DNA of 64,000 nucleotides from a virus: positions 1 through 64,000 of the IMG/VR virus record IMGVR_UViG_3300041955_001937; one strand, written 5' to 3'. The notes under the pieces are model-generated. The model saw only the letters and a program-made list of their open reading frames with translations, searched no databases and had not been told where the DNA came from. Both the position numbers and the translations under genes were made by a program. This document shows, piece by piece, positions 55,625 to 64,000 of this stretch. Each line of letters opens with the position of its first letter. Position 1 is the stretch's first letter.

Positions 55625-58600
55625 ATTTGTCGGCGTGATCCTCGGAGGACTCGCCATCGCTGTCGGCGTGCTGATCGATATCGGCACTTTCGGCGCGTTG
55701 ACCCCGCTTCTGGTTGGCCTGGCGGCGGCGCTTCTGACGGCGGGCACCGGCCTGGTCCTGTCCGGAGTCGGGACGCTCATTTCGGGATCCGCCCAGCAGA
55801 TGGGCGCCGGCATTGCCTTCGCCTCGCGCAACCCGATCAAGTCCTGGGACGTGATCTATGGCTACACCGTCGTCGGCGGCACGGTGGTTTACATTCTGGG
55901 CTGGGAAACCGGGGATGGAAACTACTATCTCGATCTCGTAGTCGTTCTCTGCGCTCATCAGGTCCAAAGCATCGACCGGCTTTTATTCGACAAACAGTTC
56001 GTCCAGTTGAACGGCAACGGAGACAGCTTCTCGCCGGTCCAGCAGAACATCAATATCCAGCACATCGCCCGCACGAACGGCATCGTACAGGTCACGCTTC
56101 CCGCCGATATTCCGCTCCTGCAGGTGGGCGATCGCATCGCGGTTCAGAACATCACCGGCGACTATACGCTGAACGGAACTTTTCCGGTCGCCGAAATTAT
56201 CCGCCAGGTTTACGAGATCGGCACGCCGGGGGCGCTGATCTTCCGTTATGTCTGCGGCGGCGGCAATTCCATCGTCGATAACGAAGGGCAGGTGCTCACC
56301 GTGTGGCCGGATTATGGGGCCAAGGTTCACATGGAAACCATGCTGGGCGCGCAAACGCTGGGCGAGACATTCCCCGGCATGCTCGGCAGCGGCACTCCGA
56401 TCGATGGGAATCTCGGCAACCTCGTACAGAATCCGCACAACCCGTGGACCGCGAATTGTTCACTGGTCGGCAAAGCGTGCGTGTTCCTGCGACTGCATTA
56501 CAGCGCCGCGATCTTCAGCGGCGGACTGCCCGCCATCAGTTTCGAGGTCCACGGCAAAAACGACATTTACGATCCCCGCCTCGGCGCACACGGCGGCGTC
56601 GGGACGACGGGCTACACCGACAATGCCGCGCTGGTGATCGCGGACTATCTGAGCATGGGGTCGAGTGGCGATCCCAACACCGGCTGGGGTTTCAAAGCGG
56701 TCTGGGGCACTGAGCTTCCCACCGCGACTTACATTGCCGAGGCGAACATCTGCGATGAAGACGTGCCGCTGGCGATCGGCGGATCGATTCCTTACAGCAC
56801 CGGCACGGTAACCGTGACGCACGGATCCACAACGGTGACCGGCGCGGGAACCACTTGGACCGCCGCGATGGACGGCGGGGCAATCATCGTGGGCGGCTAT
56901 ATCGCCACCATCCTTTCCGCGAGTGGCACGAGCATGACGCTGCGCGCCGGCTTTGCGGGGCCGAACGGATCGGCGCAGGGATACGAAATCGCTTACGGGG
57001 CCGGTTTCGAGCCGCGCTATCAGGCCGATGGCACTTTCGATCTGTCGCACAGTCGCGGCGTGATTCTGCAAAACCTGCTCACCTCGTGCGCCGGGCGGCT
57101 GAGCTTTCAGGCCGGGCAATACATTCTGCAAACCGGATCGTGGCGCGGGGCATCTCCGGCGCCGGCGCCGTCCATGGGTTCGATGTCCGGGGGCTTTCGC
57201 TGGAAAACGACGCCGCAGATCCGCGATCTGTACAACGGCGTCAAGGGAACTTACATTTGCCCGGCAAACAACTGGCATGCCGCGGACATTCCGCCGTATT
57301 GCCAGGATTCGCTGCACGGCTACAGCGGCCCATCGGACTATGGCGGCGATTCCAATCTGGCTGCCGATGGCGGGGACCGGCGCTGGTTCGACATGCAGCT
57401 TCCGTTCACGACTTCGCCATCGAGGGCGCAGCGGATTTGCAAGATCGAACTCCTGCGGCGCCGCTTCTGGGGTACCGGCACTTTCCGATACAACATGATC
57501 GGCTACCAGTTCACCGCGTTGGACGTGATTTCGATGAACCTGACGCTGTTCAGTTGGACGGCGAAGACTCTCGAAATTGCCGCGCACCGTTTCGTCATCA
57601 TCAAACAGGTATTGGAGAGCGGGGAAGAAGTCTCGGCGCTGGGCACTGAGATCGACGTGCAGGAAACCGACGCGTCAATTTACGATTGGTCGACGACGGA
57701 GGAGCTTTCGCCCGAGGGCTATGCGCAGCCCTATCTGGCGAATCCGTTCACGCCTTCGCCGCCCACCGGGCTCACGCTCGAAAGCGATTTATCGACGGCC
57801 GTTTCCACTCCGGCGGGCCTGTCCGACGCCATCCAGGTGAGCTGGACCGCGCCGGCGGACGGCTATGTGATCGAGGGCGGGCACATCGAAGTCCAGTATC
57901 AGGAAGTTTTCAGTTACCTCACCGGATCGGCCGGCGCGACCAACGGATCGGTCGATGTCACCGGCGTGGGCACGGATTGGACAACCGCGATGGAAGGCGG
58001 CGCCATCACCATCCAGGGCGCCCCCTATACCGTCGCCACGGTTACGGGCGCCGGTGCGCTCACTCTGACCATCGTCTTCGCCGGCATCACGGCCACCGGA
58101 CTTTCTTACGCGATCGCTTATCCCGACGCATGGACCGGCCTGCCGAGCGTCTCGCCTTCAGTTACGCAGGTCCTCATCACCGGCGTGGACGATGGCGCGA
58201 TCTATAACGTGCAAATCCGATCGGTCAACGCCAGCGGATTTCCTTCCTCGTGGGTGGCGGGTTCCGTCATTGCCCGAGGCGCGAGTCTGCCCTATGCGTG
58301 GAAGCCCGGCTATGAGCCGTATCTGTTCGCGGAATCCGGCTACAGCTTCGGCGGGCAGGTGGGGCCTGTAACCGCGAGCATCTTCGGTTTCAGTCCCGGA
58401 ATTCCGGCTGGCGTGATCGCGCTGAAGGGCAACATGCCGGTTAACACCGAATCGGCAACCGCGGGCATGCCGGTTATCGATCGGTTCGCCACAGTGGCCG
58501 CGCATTCGGGGAATACGCTGCCCGTGATCTCCGGCTTCCTTCAGGTCTTTGGCATCGATTCCGGCGGCGCGCGCTCGGAGAGCTCGAATATTTCCCAGTT

Positions 58601-59891
58601 CAACGTGATCGTCACTGCCTCGCGCGTTTCGTTCGGCGTCACATGGGGCGTCAACACGGTTGCCTACGAAGTCTTCGTCGGATGGGATCTCGATGCCATG
58701 GTCGGGCTCGGCGCGGTGACGCCCGGTTCATTGCCGGCAACCATCAATCTCGACAGTTTCGCCGACTATCCGGGAATCTATGGCCCACCGGATCCGCGCG
58801 CCGTAAGCGCATTGGTGCGCGGCAAGCAGGTGATCCACGCTGGCATTCTGGCCTGCAACGTCGCCTCGAAAACGTCGACGACGGTCGTCGTAGGCATGCC
58901 GGCCGCTGCCACGGTCAACTTCTTCGTGGGTCGCTATCTGATCCTGCCGGGCACTTCGGGGACCGCCTTCGGCCACGGAATCATCGGCCCGATCACGGCC
59001 AGCGATACCGGCAGTCCGCTTTGCACCTTGACGATCGCCAGCGGGCTGGGGGTAGGCGGAGACTTCCTCGGCTTCGGCGTCGACCAGTTGATTTTCATCT
59101 CGATGCTCTCCGACACCAACACCGCCACGAGCATCGGAGACAGCGGCACACTGAACCCGTTCTACCCGACGGGCATGGTCGTGGATGACGAGACAGGCGA
59201 AATCGTCCGCGTGATCTGGGATCCGACCGGAGTGGGCTGGGGAGCGCAGGCGACGGTCTTGTCGAACACCGACGCTGTCAGCCAGACCACGCAATTCCTG
59301 CTGCCTGACGGAACGCCCGTGACGCCCGGCGCCGGCTCGGCATTCATCTACGAGGCGGCTACCTGGGGGGCGAGCAACACGGTGGAAATCCCGGCGAATT
59401 CGACGGCGCCCACGCTGGCCGGGCCGAATCCGGCTCTCGCGCTGGTTCTGAACGATGCGCCGCTGGGCGGCGATGCCGTGTTGGTCCAGATTCTCCTGCG
59501 GGATGCGAACGGCAACCTCAGCGACGAAACCACGGATACTCTGCGGATGTTTTACGTTCCGCCGGCGCCGTCGATGCCGCTGGCGAGCATGTTCGTGAAC
59601 GGGACGCTGGCGATCGAGAGCGATGCCGCGCCAAATCCGTATATGGTCGCCGCTTCGTCGCCCTCTTTTCTCAAGGCTTATGTAAAGCAGTCGCCCACGG
59701 GCGCGGGAATCACATTCACCATCACCGCGGGCGGCTCTCCCTGGGCCTCGGTTACCATTGCGGCTGGCACGACTTCGGCGATCGTCGCCAACCCCGGAGC
59801 GATCGTGGCGAATTCGCCCATCGTGGTGAGCATCAGCGCCGTGGGTACAACCTTCCCCGGCGCCGATCTGTCGATCTTCCTCTATTCCTGA
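55617..59891 (+). CDS. Tail tip / central fibre protein (J-like)
   Basis: 1424 aa; VIYG...VGG, IYDPR, DNAAL..ADYL, ANICDE, LYNGVKG.Y, FN3-like segments. Confidence 0.88.
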   Translation: MSKFVGVILGGLAIAVGVLIDIGTFGALTPLLVGLAAALLTAGTGLVLSGVGTLISGSAQQMGAGIAFASRNPIKSWDVIYGYTVVGGTVVYILGWETGDGNYYLDLVVVLCAHQVQSIDRLLFDKQFVQLNGNGDSFSPVQQNINIQHIARTNGIVQVTLPADIPLLQVGDRIAVQNITGDYTLNGTFPVAEIIRQVYEIGTPGALIFRYVCGGGNSIVDNEGQVLTVWPDYGAKVHMETMLGAQTLGETFPGMLGSGTPIDGNLGNLVQNPHNPWTANCSLVGKACVFLRLHYSAAIFSGGLPAISFEVHGKNDIYDPRLGAHGGVGTTGYTDNAALVIADYLSMGSSGDPNTGWGFKAVWGTELPTATYIAEANICDEDVPLAIGGSIPYSTGTVTVTHGSTTVTGAGTTWTAAMDGGAIIVGGYIATILSASGTSMTLRAGFAGPNGSAQGYEIAYGAGFEPRYQADGTFDLSHSRGVILQNLLTSCAGRLSFQAGQYILQTGSWRGASPAPAPSMGSMSGGFRWKTTPQIRDLYNGVKGTYICPANNWHAADIPPYCQDSLHGYSGPSDYGGDSNLAADGGDRRWFDMQLPFTTSPSRAQRICKIELLRRRFWGTGTFRYNMIGYQFTALDVISMNLTLFSWTAKTLEIAAHRFVIIKQVLESGEEVSALGTEIDVQETDASIYDWSTTEELSPEGYAQPYLANPFTPSPPTGLTLESDLSTAVSTPAGLSDAIQVSWTAPADGYVIEGGHIEVQYQEVFSYLTGSAGATNGSVDVTGVGTDWTTAMEGGAITIQGAPYTVATVTGAGALTLTIVFAGITATGLSYAIAYPDAWTGLPSVSPSVTQVLITGVDDGAIYNVQIRSVNASGFPSSWVAGSVIARGASLPYAWKPGYEPYLFAESGYSFGGQVGPVTASIFGFSPGIPAGVIALKGNMPVNTESATAGMPVIDRFATVAAHSGNTLPVISGFLQVFGIDSGGARSESSNISQFNVIVTASRVSFGVTWGVNTVAYEVFVGWDLDAMVGLGAVTPGSLPATINLDSFADYPGIYGPPDPRAVSALVRGKQVIHAGILACNVASKTSTTVVVGMPAAATVNFFVGRYLILPGTSGTAFGHGIIGPITASDTGSPLCTLTIASGLGVGGDFLGFGVDQLIFISMLSDTNTATSIGDSGTLNPFYPTGMVVDDETGEIVRVIWDPTGVGWGAQATVLSNTDAVSQTTQFLLPDGTPVTPGAGSAFIYEAATWGASNTVEIPANSTAPTLAGPNPALALVLNDAPLGGDAVLVQILLRDANGNLSDETTDTLRMFYVPPAPSMPLASMFVNGTLAIESDAAPNPYMVAASSPSFLKAYVKQSPTGAGITFTITAGGSPWASVTIAAGTTSAIVANPGAIVANSPIVVSISAVGTTFPGADLSIFLYS

Positions 59892-60114
59892 GAACGGTGA
59901 TCGCCTCGTCCATCGGCGATCAGGCGGTCCAGTTCATGCAGACGCGGGTCCCATTGTGTTTTGTCGACCGGCAGCGGGTTGTCCTTTCGGAGGCCGCGGC
60001 CATTTGCCTCTGCCATCCGCTAACGATTGATTCCGCTCCATGCGGCGCCGGCGCTGGAAGGAGCGCATCGCCGCATCTCGCTGCACGTACATAAACCAAG
60101 CATCGTACAAAGAA

Positions 60115-63100
60115 ATGGCGATTTCAAAGCTCCAGCCTCACCGCAGTATGTACCTGCGCGGCTTCGACCGGCGTGGTGCGGTGGCTGCTATGCATAACGC
60201 AGGCGCGGGCGGATTCACCGTCTCCGGAGCATGGAGCGATCAGGCGGATTTCGCCGTGTGCGTGCTGTTCGACGCCGACGATCAGTACGGACACCTTTAC
60301 ACGTCGCGATGCCTTCCGGATTTCTCGCTTGCCGGCGTCACGCTGGATTTCGACTTGGCGTTGACGGGCTGCCAGAATCCGATCAGTACTAAATTCCCGA
60401 GCGTGCCATGGGGCTCGCTCAGTTACATCAAGCGGACCGTGTCGGCAGGCGTGGTGACCGAAACCCCCGGCAGCGTGGCGCTGAACATCACGTCCACGAC
60501 GGGAGCCGTGGCGGCATCCTGCACCTACACCGTGAACGGCACGCCGGTGACGGGGGACCGCGTGCAACTGGTCTATCTCAGTAACATCGTTTTCGACGTG
60601 ACGATGCCCGGCGGGGTCACGTTTGCGTTCTTCAATTACCTTGGGACGGGCTACCACCACACCATCACGATCGGCAGCAACACCTATACGCATGTCCAGC
60701 TTTCGACGGACGGCTCGGGCGATATTGCGATCGCGCTGGCCGGGCTGATCAACGGGATCGATCCGCACGCGTCGGCGGTGGCATCGTCCAACAACGTGGC
60801 GCTCGGCGCGATTCTCAATACAGGGGCTTCGGTGAGCTGTTCGGCCTCGGACGGCAACGGGCCTGGGACGCTGATCGAGATATCGAGCGGGACGGGGGTC
60901 TCGGCGGCGCTGGTGGCGCAGATCAATGGCAGTGGATATTTGACGGCCGTCCAAAGCGGCGCCAACTTCACGGTAAGCGCCCCGCCAGGACAGGACGGCA
61001 ACGGCATCGAGCTGCTGGCGATGCACAAAACAACCACATGCTGGCTGACACCGGCGGACACGTCGCTAATCTCGGGCACAACCTCGAAGCTGACCGGCGG
61101 GGTCGATCCGACCTCGATCCACGTGCATCTGGATTTCACGGCGCTGGGAATCGATAGTGTGCGGCAGTTGTGGTTCACGTTCGCGCCGGCCCTGCATTAC
61201 GATTCGGGATCGGTCAATCCCGCGCTGGTGGCGTATACGCCTGTTGAGTGGTCCGCCGTTTTCACGAACTGGACGCTGGCGGATCCCAATACGCACCTGC
61301 CGCTGAAACTGGCCGGGGCGGGTTCGGTGACGCTATCGAGTGTCGATTTTTCGGCAGAGTACTCCGGGACGGGATGGGGCGCGATCGCCGGATGGTATTT
61401 GAACGGCTATGCGCAGCAGAGCGCAAACGCCGGCGACAGCATCACTATCGCGTGGAGCTGCCAGTACACGCACTCACTCTATATAGGGACGGCTCTTTCG
61501 ACCTCGGGCGGATTGTTCAGCGTTTCCGTGAATGGCGGGGCCACGGCAACGATCAGCGCCTATGCGGATCAATCGCCGGCCGCGCCGATCTCCGGACGGC
61601 GGTTGATTGCCTCCGGGATCGCGGCGGGCGCGCACACGGTCACTCTGACAGTGTCCAGCGGAACTTGTCTGTTCGATTTCCTGCAGGCGGCGGTGCTGGC
61701 GGATCCGGTTGCGCCGGCCACAACATTTTCGAATCTGAACTGCGCCTGCGATTACGACACCGGGCAGACTTACCAGATCCCTCCGGAGCGGGCGCTGTGG
61801 ATACTGAGCCAGGCGGGATTCGCGGGCGACGTCGATTTCTATGCGGGCGTGTTCTTCGCCCTCAAACGTATTCGCAACGGCGGTAACTTCCACGTGGCCA
61901 CCGTGACGATTGCGGGGACGCCAACGATCGGAGATATCTATTACGTCGATATCGGCGGCACATCGGTGGCCGTGGGGACTTTCGCGGCCGACACGCTTAC
62001 CACTTTGGCGCAACGGCTGGTGAATGGCATCAATGCTTTGTTCGTCGGCGTGCGCGCGACACCCGCACTGACGGCGGGGCAATTCACCGTTACCTGCCTG
62101 AGCCCCGTCAATGGCTTCACCTTTCCAGCCCCGACGACCAGTGTGGGAGCGACCGGCACGATTGCCGTGACCGGTGACGTCGGAGCGGGCAACGAAGGCA
62201 CGTGGGCAGTGGATGCATCGCAGGCGTCGCCGCTCAATCGAGGATTCGTCGATTATCTGGCGGACTTCGCCGCGCTGGTGCATGCGGCGGGGCAGACGAT
62301 GACGGTGGCATTCAGCCAGGAGCTTCTCGCGCCTCCCGATTCCAACGACGCCGCGCCGGCGTCAGTGACGTTCGGATTCTTCAATTATCTGGGCACGGGG
62401 TACGCGCATTACATTACGATCGGCGGCGAGACTTACACGCATATCCAGCTCGCGGGCGACGGATCGGGCGATATTGCGATCGCGCTGACAGTGCTGATCA
62501 ACGCCGGGGGAGGGGATCCGAACGCGGTGGCCACGGTGAGCGCGAATGACGTCATCCTGTCGCCCCGGTGCACAGGAGATGTTGCGTGTTCGGCCTCGGA
62601 CGGCAACGGGCCGGGGACGCTGAAATCCGGCGCGTGGGCGCAAAGATTCCCGGACGGATCGAGCGTATTGACCGATACCAGCTTCGGATCGTGGGGTGCG
62701 GGGGTAGTGGACGGCGTGAGTGGAAGCGGTCCGCAAACCATCGAGCAGATCGGCCACGGCTACATCACCGGCAACACGGTACACATCGCGCAGGGCCCCC
62801 CTTTACCAACGGCCGGCGCCGTGTGGGCTGTAACTATGACCGACGCCAACCATTATCAGCTCACCACCCTGAAGTCGGGGACATCGTTCACGGTGGCCGC
62901 GGGCGCCACTACGCTGATCGACCTGCAGACGTCGCAATGCAACTTCAATCCCGCGACGGCGACGGCGTATCTCACCAAATGCTATATCCAGGCGGCGAAC
63001 ATTCTCCATGCGGCGGGGCTCGTTCCGTGGCTGCAATTCGGCGAGGTGGGATGGTGGTTTTATTCGTCGTTCGAAGGCGAGCTCGCGGGCTACGCCAGTC

Positions 63101-63912
63101 GGACGTCGCCGATATCGATCGGGACGGTGGCCCCGCACGGACTCGCGACCGGACAGAATGTCATCGCGGCGGGGGTGCAGGGGAACACGGCGGCGAACGG
63201 CACATGGCCCATCGTGGTGACCGACTCCACGCACTTCACCGAAACCGGATCCACCGGCAACGGCAACTATGTGGGTGGCACGGGAACGGTGAGTGGCGGC
63301 GGCATGGCTTACTATGACGCCTACACAGCCGCGGCCGCGGTGACGGCGCTATCTCGGGCACTGGCACCCTTCTGGACGCAGGATGACGATCCCTCCATCA
63401 ACTCTCACGCAGACGCCAACTTCCTGCGGACGCAGGTTTACACGCACATGCACACGATTTGGGCCGCTGTGTTGGCCGCCCAATCGACCGCTAAAGCGGA
63501 ATGGCTGCTGCCACTCGACGTGGACGCGGCGGCCGTCTTCTGGACGGACGGCTACCCGTATCCGCAGGGCGGCCGATTGAATAATTACGTGAACATCCCC
63601 AGCCAGTATATGAGTCCCGGGTCGGACATCGCGCGGCTGAAAATAGAGTGCCTGTCGTTCGGCAGCGCCTATCGGTCGATGGATCAGGTGACTGCGGCGA
63701 TCGCGTACGCGCGCAGTCCGCTGTCGTGGCCCGTGGCCGATCTGGCGTATCTCGTCGCCTGGTTCAACGGCGGCTGCAGATGGGAGCGGGAATTCCAGAT
63801 CGCGTCGGGATCCGCCCCGCTGATCAATATGTGGGCCTTCGATCACTTCTGTTTGTTGAGTTGGCCCGCGCCGCCGTTCTCGGCTGCAACCTCCTGGGCT
63901 TCCACCGTTTGA
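60115..63912 (+). CDS. Large tail-associated protein with duplicated beta modules and a possible glycoside-hydrolase-like barrel
   Basis: ATG at 60115; internal ~86-aa duplication; VAFSQEL and LQFGEVGWW motifs (barrel call is inference). Confidence 0.7.
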   Translation: MAISKLQPHRSMYLRGFDRRGAVAAMHNAGAGGFTVSGAWSDQADFAVCVLFDADDQYGHLYTSRCLPDFSLAGVTLDFDLALTGCQNPISTKFPSVPWGSLSYIKRTVSAGVVTETPGSVALNITSTTGAVAASCTYTVNGTPVTGDRVQLVYLSNIVFDVTMPGGVTFAFFNYLGTGYHHTITIGSNTYTHVQLSTDGSGDIAIALAGLINGIDPHASAVASSNNVALGAILNTGASVSCSASDGNGPGTLIEISSGTGVSAALVAQINGSGYLTAVQSGANFTVSAPPGQDGNGIELLAMHKTTTCWLTPADTSLISGTTSKLTGGVDPTSIHVHLDFTALGIDSVRQLWFTFAPALHYDSGSVNPALVAYTPVEWSAVFTNWTLADPNTHLPLKLAGAGSVTLSSVDFSAEYSGTGWGAIAGWYLNGYAQQSANAGDSITIAWSCQYTHSLYIGTALSTSGGLFSVSVNGGATATISAYADQSPAAPISGRRLIASGIAAGAHTVTLTVSSGTCLFDFLQAAVLADPVAPATTFSNLNCACDYDTGQTYQIPPERALWILSQAGFAGDVDFYAGVFFALKRIRNGGNFHVATVTIAGTPTIGDIYYVDIGGTSVAVGTFAADTLTTLAQRLVNGINALFVGVRATPALTAGQFTVTCLSPVNGFTFPAPTTSVGATGTIAVTGDVGAGNEGTWAVDASQASPLNRGFVDYLADFAALVHAAGQTMTVAFSQELLAPPDSNDAAPASVTFGFFNYLGTGYAHYITIGGETYTHIQLAGDGSGDIAIALTVLINAGGGDPNAVATVSANDVILSPRCTGDVACSASDGNGPGTLKSGAWAQRFPDGSSVLTDTSFGSWGAGVVDGVSGSGPQTIEQIGHGYITGNTVHIAQGPPLPTAGAVWAVTMTDANHYQLTTLKSGTSFTVAAGATTLIDLQTSQCNFNPATATAYLTKCYIQAANILHAAGLVPWLQFGEVGWWFYSSFEGELAGYASRTSPISIGTVAPHGLATGQNVIAAGVQGNTAANGTWPIVVTDSTHFTETGSTGNGNYVGGTGTVSGGGMAYYDAYTAAAAVTALSRALAPFWTQDDDPSINSHADANFLRTQVYTHMHTIWAAVLAAQSTAKAEWLLPLDVDAAAVFWTDGYPYPQGGRLNNYVNIPSQYMSPGSDIARLKIECLSFGSAYRSMDQVTAAIAYARSPLSWPVADLAYLVAWFNGGCRWEREFQIASGSAPLINMWAFDHFCLLSWPAPPFSAATSWASTV

Positions 63913-63925
63913 AAGGTAAATCAAA

Positions 63926-64000
63926 GTGAAAAAACTCCTTCTCGCCGTTCTGGCGTGCGCGCCGCTTTATGCGCTGCCGGCCTGCACCCAAATCACCGAT
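63926..64000 (+). CDS. Partial gene with signal-peptide-like N-terminus
   Basis: GAAAGG RBS, GTG start, (M)KKLLLAVLACAPLYA; truncated by the window end. Confidence 0.55.
   Translation, partial: MKKLLLAVLACAPLYALPACTQITD

Larger units (their letters stand above)
18993..64000. mobile_element. HK97-type siphovirus-like prophage at the tRNA-Arg 3' end; continues beyond the window
   Basis: Integrase next to the tRNA, then repressor, terminase, portal, protease, capsid, tail tube, tape measure and tail tip genes. Confidence 0.93.

Noticed and set aside
59897-60094. 65-aa ORF between the two large tail genes
   Set aside because: Weak start context and no recognisable similarity
60616-62622. Tail duplication as a DGR template/variable repeat pair
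   Set aside because: Both copies are in frame in one gene, differences are not adenine-specific, and no reverse transcriptase is in the window

Overview
GC-rich bacterial window (gene families suggest an Acidobacteriota-like host; inference). Two mobile elements sit back-to-back at a divergent tRNA pair: tRNA-Ser(GCT) at 18757-18849 (-) and tRNA-Arg(CCG) at 18916-18992 (+). LEFT (1-~18750) is an integrative, probably mobilizable island. It has a tyrosine integrase, a KAP NTPase, a VirD4-like coupling protein followed by two paralogous membrane-anchored proteins, a DUF3991/TOPRIM protein, a DUF932-like protein, a wHTH-STAND-TPR protein, and small minus-strand genes preceded by four structurally conserved long hairpins (Frpo/ssi-like). 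RIGHT (~19000 to beyond 64000) is an HK97-type siphovirus-like prophage. It carries integrase/xis/repressor, an unannotated secreted-peptide plus 7TM-protein pair, two FliA-like sigma factors, a NusG paralogue, a lysis region with a Tlde1/DUF2778 enzyme, and ParB plus a Mom-like DNA modifier immediately followed by a degenerate tRNA-Gly-like element. After that come an inverted gene block with four repeated promoter cassettes, a FimB-like recombinase with a dif-like site, and packaging, head and tail genes with two embedded glycosyltransferases. Best candidates for new biology: the Mom + non-translational tRNA-Gly-like cassette, and the peptide/7TM pair in the immunity region. All family assignments are by motif recognition; no database searches were run.
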